Shown here in pieces: positions 49,201 to 62,114 of a stretch of DNA of 64,000 nt. A program made the translations under genes and the position numbers. Within the stretch, counting starts at the first letter, position 1, and the number at the start of each line of letters is the position of its first letter. The stretch comes from Strigamia acuminata (Eukaryota), in NCBI GenBank assembly GCA_949358305.1, contig OX442314.1:6262001-6326000 (forward strand). The letters are read 5' to 3'. The notes under the pieces were generated by a model that saw nothing but the letters and a program-made list of their open reading frames with translations, was not told the origin of the DNA and did not search any database.

Positions 49201-51177
49201 AGATCCGTCAATAATATTAGGCGTCTGTTTGAAACGTGCAAAAAAAAAGTTGATGAAACTGAGGAGCAAAGCAAAATACATACAATCTTAAAAAAGTTGA
49301 AGCTAATAATCATATTAGTTGTTGCAGGATTTACTTTGTATTGCCTGCACATTCGCGTCAATTACTACCTCGATGAACCGAGCACAACAATCGTTCGAAT
49401 AAGTCAACGACGTTACACCGAATTTCCTTCTGTCACAGTTTGTGGTGAAAAAAGAAATGAAGGAATGAGCAAAGCCCGATTAAACTTACTGAAACAACCC
49501 AATAAAACTTGTGGCAACATGTCACCCTGGCAATTGTTCCACAGCAAATTGTCATTGCAAAACATCTGGGAATCGCTCAATATCGACAAAACGTTTGCTA
49601 TTGAACTAATTGGGAATGATGTATTACAGTATAATCTTATTTCACTTCCATTTGGTAATTGTTCACAAATAAGAAATGGTAATACACAAAATTAATTTTT
49701 GATCTTAGTTAATTAATGGTTCTATTAAAAGTCTACTTTTTAGTTATGCTATTTTTCAATGTTTCTTTTTTTTCCGGAATTATTTAACTGCAGAAATTGC
49801 TTTCCTGCAGACTAATTTGAAAATTAATTCTGACCTTTTGGCTGTCTTATAGATAAAAGAAGCACAAACACAACTAAGCTTAGAATTTGGTTTAGTAGAT
49901 ATCTAACTCTTCCAGAAGCTTGTGATCCGCAGCTAAAGGTGTGTAAAAAAAATATTTTTACTTGAAATCACCTGACATTTTGCAACCACAATGGCATGTG
50001 TTAAATTGACAGTCTCGGTGTCTTTTTAAGCAGCATTCTGAAATAAGATAACGAGAAAGTCTGTTTATTCAAGCACAAAGAAGCAAAAAAGATTCTTAAG
50101 ATAATCTAAAGGTGAAAAAAATAACAAAAATGGTTTGTTTTTGTTTCGGATACACATGTATACCTAATAGAAAAATAAAAAAAATATTTTTTGTGCTAAT
50201 ACATATTAATTATTAATATAAATATTTTGGATTATAATAACACGCAGCTCATCATAAATAATCAGGAAGAGGAAGTTAACATTTTAGCACCATTTATCGT
50301 AAACTATGCGTGTGTTAACGAAGTAGTACTTCGAGACTTTCAGGTAGAAAATGAAATAAATTATATAAATGCTCATACTAAGATTTCTTTTACGAAATAG
50401 ATCATAAGAAGAAATACAAAGCGTAATCCATGTGAAGGGAACAAAAGTGCTTATCTCAAGTGTATTAGTGCTTGCTGGCATAACAATGTATTTCGAGGTG
50501 TTAACTGCAGGTATAGTTCAGATGTTTCATTTCTTTTCATACATCAGCATCAGTTTTATCACATTTATTCTCATTTTCGCTGTTCTTAACATCGACTAAT
50601 CAGCTAATTCGCAGTCAATTATGAGTTGGCAAAGGGTTATTGCCTTAGCTTTAACCGCACAGAAACTTGCAAGCATGTTTTGACATGATAGCCATTAAAT
50701 ATTCATTTGCGGCATCACCAGATTGAATTTGTCCAAAAAACACACCTAACCCTTTTCAGCAGATAAACTGCAACCATTTGCATCTTTGACCAATCTCCTC
50801 TTTGTTTCAGATTACCATACATGGGAAAACCTAATTTGCCAGTTTGTAACACTACAAGTGCCATAACTACCGCTCATTTCAGGTATTTAAGCAACCTTGA
50901 CTCGAATCAAAAACAATGCAAATGTAAACAACCTTGCCAAGTTATTTTCTACCAAACCAATTTTCGGGAGAATAAATTGCCAGAGGCCATTAATAACCAA
51001 CCATTACTAATATTCCAATTTGCTGATAGCTTTGTAGAGATTGTAGATGAGAAACAAGCATATCCAATATCTCAATTCTTAAGCGATTTCGGTAGCATTG
51101 TAGGACTGGGTTTGGGAATGTCACTTCTCTCTTTGTACGATTGGATTTTAAAAACTTATAATTGGTATAAGAATTAA
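46280..51177 (+). CDS. DEG/ENaC-like gene 3, tandem two-subunit protein, ~796 aa; exons 46280-46798, 46872-46944, 48344-48435, 48495-48587, 48650-48753, 48828-49678, 49853-49938, 50248-50343, 50401-50510, 50811-51177
   Basis: GT-AG introns, open frame, paralogous to gene 2 with the same doubled motifs; start could be a later ATG. Confidence 0.87.
46984..48312. mobile_element. Non-autonomous TIR element in intron 2 of gene 3
   Basis: TIR AAGG(A/G)GTTTCATTAAATGAGCGATTA, subterminal TGATTA repeats, ATT on both flanks. Confidence 0.78.
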
Positions 51178-51896
51178 GATATGGCTTGTTGATTTACACT
51201 CAAATGAGTGTAAATAAGATATTACTAATATTAGCTAAGCACATAAGAATATTTAAAATTTCTTTTGTCACAGACTAAAAAAATAAATCTACATTTAATC
51301 ATGACAAATTGTTAGTTCAACATGCACCAGCAAAAATCATTGTTGTCAAAGCCAGAGTCTCTCTCCAGTGCCCTTCGAACTCCTTACGAACTTTATACAT
51401 TGTATTTATAAATAAATTAAAAACACGTGTTTGCGACGTAATATATTCGTTTGAATGCACACAAAACTAAATCTATTTATGTTCCCAATATTATATTTAG
51501 TTCGGTAAATTGTGTAAGTTTGTACTTTTACCTATTGATGTAACTCATTTCAAATTATTGAGCAAAAATTGTTGTTAGGACTAAATTAGAATGTACACTG
51601 CACCTTTTATCTGCAAAAATAAAAAATAATTCATACACATTAATATGTTCATTCTACCGTAATTTACGTCACTCAGTCAAATTCTTCACCAAAACTTCTA
51701 ACACCATGAACTACAGATCAATAAAATTGTTAGAGAAAAAAAAATTGAACGGACCAAATTAAATTTCGATACAGTTATTACAACGTCTCGTGATTGACAT
51801 GTCTGGCTCCTCGACACTTTCTGCATGGTTGGTTCACTATATTAAAAGAAATTGTTATTTATCCGGTATTGTAATATTTTTTTTCATGGCATTTAC

Positions 51897-52638
51897 TGTG
51901 ACCGTTTGGCCACCCTAGTGGCCTACGTCATTCCACACACCGCCTGGTGGCCCCAAGCCATACCCCTCTTGGAGGAATGGACCGGCCTAGCAGGGGAGGA
52001 AACAGCTGAGTGGTGTGGTGAGAGAGAGACGTTGCTGAGAGAGCGGAGGGTAAAGACGTGTTAGGGAGAGCTGCCACGAGACTGACCACAGCAGAGATAA
52101 CTGCTGACTCTGCTGCTCTCACCATTCACTACTGTTACCCTCAGTAGCAGGAAGAAGTGTACCTGCTACAGCCTCTATGAGCAGCTAATAAGTTGTACAG
52201 GTGAGTACGACAGAATGTTCGTCCCATGCGACCGACTACGTCACCCCTGGGGCTCCCGCCCTGTGTGTGACAGGTCGGACGCAGGTATAGCGTGCCTAAT
52301 GGCACTACCGCACAGTAAGATAGGTGACCCAACCCCTACACAACGATTAAAGGCCAAAACCCAACAATCTGACTCCCTGTCTTATTACTACGTGATGCCT
52401 TTTTAAAGCCTAGTAGTCATAACACCATTCTGTCCTTGGAATGGTATCAGGAATCAAAGTCTTAAGTTTCCTGCCAAAAGTGGTACTCATAAAAATATTG
52501 TTTAGACTCTAAATCACCCTTGAAACGAATTGTTTCCGGCTCCGATGGTGCACGGAAAAATTTAATTGTTTCAGACTGAATAAATTTTGTTTACCCAGAA
52601 TTCCCTTGTTTTTCATCTAAAATTTGCTACTGGTCACA
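51897..52638 (+). repeat. LTR-like repeat, family C copy 3
   Basis: Starts TGTGACCGTTTGGCCACCC; similarity to copy 1 until ~52400; right end (GGTCACA) uncertain, no TSD seen. Confidence 0.6.
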
Positions 52639-52841
52639 ACCGGTTGCAAACCCAACTACAAACCCAACTACCCAACAACACAGCGAAAAGGCAGAAAACG
52701 GAGGGCACCATTGCATTTAAATGCAAGAATTCAATTGTGTAATGCAGTAAAAGAAAAGCCACAGAAATTACAAAAAAAATGACAAAACAAGCAACAATGG
52801 CTCACACAGTTTAAGAGTAGGGAAACTTTCGGGTGACAATT

Positions 52842-54598
52842 TGTGACGATTCTACTTTTGGCTGATTTAATAGCCATTTAAGATAGATAAATAATCGGTT
52901 TAAACAAGACGTTGCTAGGAGTAGCAACAACCTAATCGAGATAAGCTTACAGAAGTCTGTGTAAAAATAAGAACTCATGACTGAGCAGAAATAACTTACA
53001 GTTTCCTTAGTGTGACATAACATATTTATTACTAAATATTAATGATAACAAAGATGGGTTCTGACGCGTGTAAACGGGCGGCATCAACTGGTTGAGGATC
53101 CGGGCGAAGCCAGAGTGATACGGCTGACTTGCGGCATCGTCACAAATATCGCTACGGAGACGTATTTGATCCGCAGCATCGAGTATCTAATAATGCGAAG
53201 AGTCCTTCTTCGCATAAGTAGGAATATTCAGCAGAATATTCCATGTTCCAAATGAATAAAAGTAAAGTAATTAGTGGAATACAACAAATGAATTATTGTA
53301 TAAATATTAATTGGGCGGGGACCGTCACGACAATTGAGAGAACGTCGCGGGAGTTGTTGGGACTCCATCCGCCAGCATGCCTTACGACGACAAGATCTCG
53401 TGATCAGGCGCCGAGTATTTAATTGTGTGCTTTAACTCGCTATCGGTGGTACCAACCACCAGGTAAACATTTCTATGGACTTACCGGGTTTGAAAGATAT
53501 TGCCAATACAGGATTACCAATGCCCGAGTAATTTGTTTAGCACAGTGTTGTTCAACTCCTGTTCACGGGTTACTAACCCGGAGGGTACGATGGGGCGGGG
53601 ACCGTCACGACGGTCGAGAGAACCATCGCGGGAGGATTTGACTCCTCCATCCGCCAGCATGCCTTACGATGACGGGATCAGCAGATCGAGCACCGGGTAA
53701 AATATTATTTGGCCACTGCCGTTGGATTACCATTATCCAGGTAGTTATTTTATCGCAACATCTTTAGATATTACTCACGGGCTACCAACCCGGCGTGTTA
53801 CCTGTGCATTAGGCCTTTACCGACTTTTAACGAGCGGAAGGACCAATCGTAGAAAGACGGGAACCTGCGTGGGTTGTTTACAACAACCATCCTGCAGCGG
53901 ACTGTGGCCAGTTAGCTGAGGGACCTACTTTCATTTAGCAAGGTCGTACTGTATACGACCGTTATATTAAGCCACCGTACGAAGTCCTACTGTCCCGTAG
54001 AACAGCTGGCTAACGTTACGGGGCCATTTCATGCGAATGCATGTCTATTACCGGAGTTAGCCTTCCCGAAATAGCCCTACAACAGCAATAACAAAATAGT
54101 AATGAATACTAACTGTGGAGAGCTGAGGTGGCCTGATGTGTCGATAGAGAATAATGAAATCAAACGATAACAATTCAACTACAGACAATATACAAGTTCA
54201 GTTATCAAGCCAGGGGGTTAGTGGGTGAGAAACTGGAGCTTATATAGTTCTGTAGAACTACTAGATTGGCGACAGCCAATCAGCGTACGAATCGGCGGAT
54301 TCGTGGGTCACTAGTCCGGACCTAATATATGACTATGTCCAGATGGGCCCAGTTGGGGTCCGGAAGGGTCCGATTGGTTCCCTTCGACAGGTAAGTAATG
54401 TGGATATTGATTCAATAGAACCAACTTTGTCAAGTAAATAATACTTAGTTTATATCGAATAAAATAGTTATATTTTATTCACCGTGTCCAAGTAATAATT
54501 TATTACGTTTCTAGTTTCATCGAGTTTGAATTACGCGCGTTTGGTAAACAGCGCCATCTGTTGTGAACATTGATAAATACTGATTTGTAATCATCACA
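52842..54598 (-). repeat. 3' LTR of element B (~1757 bp)
   Basis: TGTGACGATT...AATCATCACA termini; PPT-like GGGGGATG at 54599-54606; partner LTR not in window. Confidence 0.75.
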
Positions 54599-55344
54599 CA
54601 TCCCCCGGTGACAAGCATAGAGTTTACTAACTCTCGATTGTCATTCTTAATGGATAAGAATGTTCACCTAATTCTATCGAATTAATCCACTTGGTAAGTA
54701 TTTTATTAACTTAATCACGTTATTTCTTTCAGAAACTTCGTCACCCGATTAGACTAATCGGCTTCTCTGTACAGCGCAACTCCCGGTTGCTAAGCGACGG
54801 AAATGAACTCGTCCGAACATGGATACATGTTCGAGAAAATACAAATTTCGATAGAAATTTTATTTCTCCGTCAAATAAACTTATTCATAGCTTATTAATC
54901 AACAAGATAATCAATAAAAATAAATTTATGCAAAACTTTATTTATTGAAAATCTAAACTACTAATTTTTATTACGGTTGTCATAAAAATTATTGAATTTC
55001 AACTTGAAATTCTTCAATACTTCGATCAAAGCAAAATAAACACAATTTCCACAAATAATTATGAAATTCGTAAATAAATCAAACAAACATATATTAATAT
55101 GATTAGTTCAAATAAACATTCAAATTGAATTCGAAAAACAAAACAAATTAAATTGAATCCAATTTTAAATCAAACTATATTCTTATGAATATTTAAAATA
55201 ATTAGTTCAAGATCTTGAAACCAAACAAACACAACACTCATGAGAATATTTCTTAAGTAATTTCAAATAACACAACAAACACTTGGAGTATTTTTTAGTC
55301 AAAAAATATCCACTCGGAAAATAACGAATGTTAATTTGTCCCTT

Positions 55345-56862
55345 CTATTCCTTCTTTTCGACATCAGTCGAATCTTTCTCTTCCTTCTTCTCGACTTCAG
55401 TAGAAGTCAGGAGATCGGACTCTTCAGTCGCTTCAGTCAAAGCGGCAGAAAACACAGCTTCTACGGAAGCTTCCATTTCGTCCGGGCTCGGCGGCGGAAA
55501 CGGCATGTCGTCGAAAAACTCGGCCACGAAATCGACGACTGAAGGTAGTTCTTCAGCATCCTCGAACTGTGCCTCGTCCGAAGTTTCAGACTTAGGTGCG
55601 ATAGGAGCGCTCGACACGTCGATTACGACCGCTGGAGGATCCTCCACGGGTTTAGACGACGCTTCTACAGCCTGTTGAAGCTTACGAGCTCGCCCTCGTG
55701 CCAAGATATTGGTTCGCTGAACCTTGGCAATTTCCTTGGCTCGGTCGAGCGTGAGGCAGCCTCGACCACGCGACATCGTTCTTGGTCGAACGAATTCTTC
55801 TTGCACCTCGCTTCCAACGCTTTCAGTGGCCTGGACAGTTTCAGTAGAAACTTCGGAGTCCTCGGACAGTGGTGGCGATTGTCGAAGGAGTTCGACTCTT
55901 ACGCCGGCGTTGGCTTCAGCACGGGTCCAGGTGAGGAAACGCGGGTCGATGTACACAGCCTCGCCACGGCTGTTTAGAAACAATCGGCACTTGGGGCAGT
56001 GAGCCCAACATCGCTTCTCGTTCGGCTTAATGCCTTTCACCACGTGGGGTTGAACCTCCTTGCGCCACGGCTCCGAACGCGGTCGCGTTTTCCTTCCACG
56101 GCAGTTTGGACAACGCATTAAAGAAGAACCTGCGGATGCACCGCAGCACCACCCACAGCCGACGCAAAATGGGCAGATCGTCTCTGTTGCCTGGTCCGTC
56201 ACGATGTTATCGTGAGGTATTCCGGCTGCCATGTCTCGTTCGCACTGCTCCTTGCGCAGGCGGGCCTTCTCGTCCTTCTTTCGTGCCTTATTGGCCGCTC
56301 GGTACTCGCGGTTGCGAGAAACAGGCTCCGAAAAACGCAAAGCGCCCGGCGGCGGCTCATTCCATCCGTATTCTGATGCAGAAGACTCAGCACCAGCAGG
56401 AAGATGCGTAACAGACGCTGATTGTCCCGTCACAGTCGGTGCAGCCGCATTCGACGTGTTGGCGACGGTGGGTGCCACGCTTGCAGTTGGCGGCCGAAAT
56501 TCTGGCGAATGTGGGGCCAACGGGACGTTGATAACGTTCGCAGGCGGAAATGCTACCTGGGCCAACGGGGCCAATTGCGCCGACTCATAAACAGTTGGCT
56601 GCGCAGAAGTGGACGGGGCCTGCATCATCGCGTTTAAGTCGAGCGGAAATCCGTCCGGATGGACACTGAGCCAATTAAGCGTTGCGAGTTGCAGCGGCGT
56701 CAGGGCGTACATCGAGGCGGGCGCCGTCGGTATCGGTTGGGCCCTCATGTAAGCACGTTCCGCTGAACGGCGTTGCTCGTCACTAGACGAGGTGGACGAG
56801 CTGGAGCTTTCATGACGGTGTCGTCGATGACTCCGTTTCGAACGGTGTTTACCGCTTCCCAT
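55345..56862 (-). CDS. ORF3 of element B, 505 aa from ATG 56862, Cys-rich accessory protein
   Basis: CPFCVGCGW..CPNC..CPKC domain homologous to ORF3 of A; TTTGCGTCTGCAG|ATG acceptor context. Confidence 0.88.
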   Translation of the reverse strand: MGSGKHRSKRSHRRHRHESSSSSTSSSDEQRRSAERAYMRAQPIPTAPASMYALTPLQLATLNWLSVHPDGFPLDLNAMMQAPSTSAQPTVYESAQLAPLAQVAFPPANVINVPLAPHSPEFRPPTASVAPTVANTSNAAAPTVTGQSASVTHLPAGAESSASEYGWNEPPPGALRFSEPVSRNREYRAANKARKKDEKARLRKEQCERDMAAGIPHDNIVTDQATETICPFCVGCGWCCGASAGSSLMRCPNCRGRKTRPRSEPWRKEVQPHVVKGIKPNEKRCWAHCPKCRLFLNSRGEAVYIDPRFLTWTRAEANAGVRVELLRQSPPLSEDSEVSTETVQATESVGSEVQEEFVRPRTMSRGRGCLTLDRAKEIAKVQRTNILARGRARKLQQAVEASSKPVEDPPAVVIDVSSAPIAPKSETSDEAQFEDAEELPSVVDFVAEFFDDMPFPPPSPDEMEASVEAVFSAALTEATEESDLLTSTEVEKKEEKDSTDVEKKE

Positions 56863-57914
56863 CTGCAGACGCAAATAAATTATTTTATTAAAAATAATTC
56901 CACTCTAAATAGCCATTCCTTGAGTCCAAAGAATTAAAACGTATTGTTCGCAACGAAAAATACACAACTCGAGTTATTTATAACCCTTAACACGTGACAC
57001 TAATGAGTCACATTCCCCTTGTGTTTATGACACGAGAATGGACTCGCCGGCAAAGATTTTCATCGAAAATCGCAACTTGTTGATTTTTCAAAAGAAAAAA
57101 TCCCCTTAGTTTTGTAAACTATTTAACCCAACTTCCGAGTATCAAAGATAACTTTTCGTATTAATTAATTAACACTTAGTCTAATAAATATCTTACATCG
57201 AAAATTCATCGCCAAATAATTTATGCAAGCCTCGACCGCGACTTGATTTAAATAATTAGTGCCTACGTACTTAAATTTAATAATTCATTATTAAAATTTA
57301 ACCCAACTATTCGACTGAATAGTTAAACTTCCAAGGTGATTTAATGCCGATTCACGCTTATAACAACACGTGAATTTCTAACTCTTATCGGGACGCCGAT
57401 ATTTTCAATTGTTGCGAACAATTTTCTAATTCTTTAGTCAAAGAATATTAACGAAAACTACTTACAATTAGGAGCTAGTTTTCCTGGTTTGAAGTCGGCT
57501 AAATGAATTAGCGTCGAAAATTCTCGAGTCGAAAAGTGAAGACGGGTCGAAGGGACGAAGTCACTAGTATCCGTGTGTATTACGAAGTGTTTGTGTGCAA
57601 TGAACCCTGGGAATTTTATTCCCTATTAATTGTCGGGTTCGAGGTTTAATCACACCTCGTAAGTCTCGTACCTTCGTAATTACGCGAGATTATCACTTTT
57701 CAAAGTAATTCTCTGTATTTTGGTTAAAATACATGTAAATACGACCAAAAATTAAAATATTCTATCGAATATTTAATTCATCGCAACAAATTCATATTTT
57801 AATATAAATTTCAATAAATATCGTAATATCTTGTCCCCCGGTGTTGAGATTATAAATCACTACACCTGTCAGACATGTAAATAATTACAGTCTTCAAGTT
57901 TTGAATAAAACTTA

Positions 57915-60900
57915 TTAATTCCAACAGAACTTTGAGGCTTTTCCTCGTTGTTGATATGGTTTTTTAAATACTGCAGTGATGTTTCGTACGAAATTTTCAT
58001 CTGCATATTTAGGATTTGGCCTTCGCTCTCGTCGAGGACGAAGGCTAGTTCGCGGAACTACCGGTTGGGGTTTGCGGGGTTTCCGAGGTGGTTTCTTTGG
58101 AGTTTCACCTCTTTTCAACGCCGCTTTCCTTTCCATAGCAGTTAAGCGTTGTCTATGTCTATGTTTAGACTTTGAGGGCGCAGATTTGTCAATCTGCACT
58201 GAAGTTGAGTCGGATAATTCCATTGGAATTTCTGAGGAAATTTCAGGAATTAATTCCATTTCCTCAGCATCCGGAAGTTGATTACTTTCGTCCATCCATT
58301 TAGGATTTTCTTGAGGCGAGTAAGAGGCGGACTTTTGTCCTACTTTCCAAGTCTCAATCGGGTACGAAGGCGTATAGGGGTACAACGCTTTAATGTTCAC
58401 TGATTTTTCGATCGAACCATCAGATAATTTGCGTAATTTATACGCTCCGCCTGGAAGTACTTTAGTAATCTCCCACGGGCCATCTCTCTTCTCCGCGAAA
58501 CCAGCAGAAATATTTTTATCTGCGCACGAGAGAATGTGAGTTTGTTTCCAAACTAAATCTCCAACTTCGAACTCCGTAATTACGAACTTTTGTTCGTGTA
58601 TTTTTCTATGCCGCTCAAAATTCAGTTGAATTCTACGATGCATCTCTTGATGCGATCTGCGCAATACATCCAATAGTACTCTGACATATTTTTCTGGGTT
58701 TTCTTTGTCAAATGGATTGGCATGTTTGATAATCCTTGGATCGAAAGGTAATGTTACGATTCGTCCCGTGTTCAGTAACATCGGGCTTGAGCCCGTTGCC
58801 GCTGAGACATTATTTCTCATCGCGAACGCGAATTCGTCTAAATATCGTGGCCATTGCGTGTGCACATCTGTGTACAGGGCCAGCATCGTCTTTATATCTC
58901 TATTGGCTCGCTCTGTCGGGTTCGCCTGGGCATGATACGTGCTCGTATGAGACGGGCGAATGTTGTACATTTCGCAATACTCATTGTAAATATCGGAAAC
59001 AAATTGTTTTCCGTTATCGCTCACAATCTTTTTGGGGTGTCCCCATCTGTTTGTAACAGATCTTAATTCTTGAACGCAGTTAGCGCTCGTGGCTTTGGTC
59101 AAAGCCTTAATTTCAACGAACTTGGTACAATTGTCAATAATGACAAAAATATACTGGTTTTGGGACCTTCCCGCGGGTTTTGGGCCCATCAAGTCCATGT
59201 TAATACATTCCCAAGGATTGGTCATGTTGTGTGGTGTGTAAGGAGCCGCGTGCCTTTTCTGTTGAATAGGCTTGTACTGAGCACAGTGCGTGCAGCTTTT
59301 GACGTAGTTCCTGACACTTCTACTCATACCAGGCCAGAAATATATTAAACGAGTTTTCTCAAGCGTCTTACTCATCCCAGCGTGACCGCTTAGGGGGTGG
59401 CCGTGACAAGCAAAGAGTACTCGTTTTACGAGTGAACTGGGTACAACGGCTTTAAAGCCATTTCCCGAATCGTTTAATTCCTCTTCGAACGAAGGGTTAA
59501 AATAGATGATCATTTGATCACCATCAACTTCTTTTTTGTCCAAACAATAGTTTTTGACTTTGTTTTTCCATTCTTTTATTTCAGATTGTGGTATCCCAAC
59601 AACCTTGTCATTCAATAAATATTCTCGAATGCGTTTGCATTCAATATCTAGTAACTGAGCATCTATTATTTCTCTCCTTGTAGGAGGGACTTCTTTAAGT
59701 ACTTCAGTCAACGCACTGTACAAGGTTTCTTGTACTTCCTCCCCCTCCTTTTCTTCAGAACATTCTTTAGAATTTTCTGAAAAATAGGAACGCACACTAG
59801 CCAAATATTCTCGTTTCTCCGGGGCACGATTTAATGAAACAGAAGGATTTCCGTCCCACTCAGGCCAGTATTGTTTAATTTCAACAGGTTCCACATGATC
59901 ACGAAGAGGAATGTCTTCCTCTGTTAGTGGGGCTCTAGAAAGTGCATCTGCAACTTGGTTAGCAGCACCCTTTCGAAAAACAATTTTAAAATTTCCACAT
60001 TGGATTCTTAAGGCCCATCGGCCAAATTTCCCAGATGGTTCAGGCGTTCGCATCAACCATTTCAGTGCTTCTGCATCTGACTCTAAAGTGAATGTACCAT
60101 ATTCGAGATATGGTTTAAATCGATCAATAGCCCACACGACTGCGAGACATTCGAGTTCCGGCGTTGTATAACGCTTCTCCGCTCCACGTAAAACTCTGCT
60201 TGCATAAGCTACAGGTCTGGGTACAGAAATGTTTTTCTGCTTCTTTTCATCGAATATATCGACGTCTTGGCAAAGGACAGCTCCTAAGCCTTCATGTGAA
60301 GCGTCAGTCATGACAACAAATGGCAAAGTCATATCTGGTTTGTGTAGACAATTGTCGCCACAAAGTAGCTCTTTAATTTTATTAAACGCTTCTGTCTGCT
60401 CATCTCCCCATTCAAATGGAGTTTTCTCATTCATCATACGTGTGTATGGTGCGGCAATAGTTCCGTGATTTGGAACAAACTTCCTGAAGAAGTTAGTCAT
60501 GCCGTGAAAGCGCTGAATGTCTTTAGCACACGTGGGGGTCGGAAATTTCATGATCGCCGATATTTTATCGGGATCACCGAAGAGACCTTCGGGTTTAATC
60601 CAGTGGCCCAAGAATTTTAATTCTGTACGCCCAAAACGAGATTTCGCTTTATTTATTGTCATGTTGGCTTGGTTAAGCCTTTCCAAAACATCTCGAACAT
60701 GTTTGAGATGATCATCCCAATTATCTGAATATACAATTACGTCATCCAAATAAACTAACGCGTAGTCTTGTAAAGCTGAGCCTAAAATGCCTTCCATCAG
60801 ACGCTGGAAAGTACAAGGCGCATTGCAAAGGCCGAACGGCATTCGCACAAATTGATAAGGGCCGTTTGGCGTATAAAACGCCGTTTTTGGACGATCTTCC

Positions 60901-62114
60901 TTACACATTTCGACTTGGTAGTAACCTTTAACAAGGTCAATAGACGTAAAATACTTTGCCGGACCAGTATTATGCAACAAAAGGTCAATACTTGGCATTT
61001 GTATTACTTCGACTTCAGTGATGGCATTTAGCCACCGGTAGTCAATGCACATCCTATACGAGCCGTCAGGCTTCGCAACAATGACGGGATGACTTATGAA
61101 GGGCCCTTTGGCCTTTTCAATGAGTCCATCCTGTTCCAATTCTGCAGCTAGTTTGGTCATAATGGCTCTCTTGGCCGGGTTATACATTCTATACTGCATT
61201 TTGGGCAATGAATGCCCTTCTTTGAACTTAATACGATGTTGGGTCACGTTAGTGCACCCAACTTGATCACGAAATACATTCGGTATCGAGTTAACCACTT
61301 CGCGAAGTGCTAGTCTTTGTTCTGGAGTGCAGTCGCTCTCCTCAACTAATTTTTCATCCCAAGTTAATACAGGGGTGTCTGTTAACTCAATCGAGTTGAG
61401 AGTGGACGACAGTCCTAAATAATCGAAAGTAATTCGATTTAACGGGGCGAGGGCCAAATTGGCTTCCTCCGATTCATAAGGAGCGGACCAATTAGGTTTA
61501 TCTGCACAAGAGAACTCTTGTAAATGTGGATGCGGACTAATTTTCTGTCTGCGCATGAAATTGTGACCAAGTATCAAGCCACAAACTCGTTTTGCTAAAA
61601 CGATGAAATTCATTGGTGTAAATTCATCAGCCCATTGTACGCACAAAGTTATTTGTCCGACAGGCTTGTGTGCTACGCCTACAGCATTAACCATCATATT
61701 TCTGGGGGCCTCTTGCAAAAATTCTGGCAAAGCCTGAGTTTCAGACAAGAGTTGTTCCCCAATGTAACATTGAGATGCTCCTGTATCCATGAGCGCGTTG
61801 TAGGTGAGCCCACCAATTGTGATCTTCATTCGAGGATCATCTTTATTATTACCTAAAGTAATATTGTGCAAATTATTACCACCTATGACTCGATTGAGTC
61901 GGCGGAGTCTACAGAATTTCTTCGTGTAGCACTTGTGTGGAAACAATGTCAGATTTTTTAATTGTTCTGTCATTTCTTGCAGATTTTCCTCTACTCCGCC
62001 ACTATGACTAGTGGCTATGTCTAGACAAACAGTGTCTACATCCATAAATAAAGTCTCCGATGTAGCATTAGCTACTTCTGGGGGATGGAATAAACCTTCG
62101 TCCCCCGGATCTAG
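57915..62114 (-). CDS. pol: Pol of element B (frameshift-expressed)
   Basis: LMDTGA, YLDD, TDAS, HHCC, DLMGP/SDNG/ERANR, GPW. Confidence 0.97.
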   Translation of the reverse strand, partial: LDPGDEGLFHPPEVANATSETLFMDVDTVCLDIATSHSGGVEENLQEMTEQLKNLTLFPHKCYTKKFCRLRRLNRVIGGNNLHNITLGNNKDDPRMKITIGGLTYNALMDTGASQCYIGEQLLSETQALPEFLQEAPRNMMVNAVGVAHKPVGQITLCVQWADEFTPMNFIVLAKRVCGLILGHNFMRRQKISPHPHLQEFSCADKPNWSAPYESEEANLALAPLNRITFDYLGLSSTLNSIELTDTPVLTWDEKLVEESDCTPEQRLALREVVNSIPNVFRDQVGCTNVTQHRIKFKEGHSLPKMQYRMYNPAKRAIMTKLAAELEQDGLIEKAKGPFISHPVIVAKPDGSYRMCIDYRWLNAITEVEVIQMPSIDLLLHNTGPAKYFTSIDLVKGYYQVEMCKEDRPKTAFYTPNGPYQFVRMPFGLCNAPCTFQRLMEGILGSALQDYALVYLDDVIVYSDNWDDHLKHVRDVLERLNQANMTINKAKSRFGRTELKFLGHWIKPEGLFGDPDKISAIMKFPTPTCAKDIQRFHGMTNFFRKFVPNHGTIAAPYTRMMNEKTPFEWGDEQTEAFNKIKELLCGDNCLHKPDMTLPFVVMTDASHEGLGAVLCQDVDIFDEKKQKNISVPRPVAYASRVLRGAEKRYTTPELECLAVVWAIDRFKPYLEYGTFTLESDAEALKWLMRTPEPSGKFGRWALRIQCGNFKIVFRKGAANQVADALSRAPLTEEDIPLRDHVEPVEIKQYWPEWDGNPSVSLNRAPEKREYLASVRSYFSENSKECSEEKEGEEVQETLYSALTEVLKEVPPTRREIIDAQLLDIECKRIREYLLNDKVVGIPQSEIKEWKNKVKNYCLDKKEVDGDQMIIYFNPSFEEELNDSGNGFKAVVPSSLVKRVLFACHGHPLSGHAGMSKTLEKTRLIYFWPGMSRSVRNYVKSCTHCAQYKPIQQKRHAAPYTPHNMTNPWECINMDLMGPKPAGRSQNQYIFVIIDNCTKFVEIKALTKATSANCVQELRSVTNRWGHPKKIVSDNGKQFVSDIYNEYCEMYNIRPSHTSTYHAQANPTERANRDIKTMLALYTDVHTQWPRYLDEFAFAMRNNVSAATGSSPMLLNTGRIVTLPFDPRIIKHANPFDKENPEKYVRVLLDVLRRSHQEMHRRIQLNFERHRKIHEQKFVITEFEVGDLVWKQTHILSCADKNISAGFAEKRDGPWEITKVLPGGAYKLRKLSDGSIEKSVNIKALYPYTPSYPIETWKVGQKSASYSPQENPKWMDESNQLPDAEEMELIPEISSEIPMELSDSTSVQIDKSAPSKSKHRHRQRLTAMERKAALKRGETPKKPPRKPRKPQPVVPRTSLRPRRERRPNPKYADENFVRNITAVFKKPYQQRGKASKFCWN

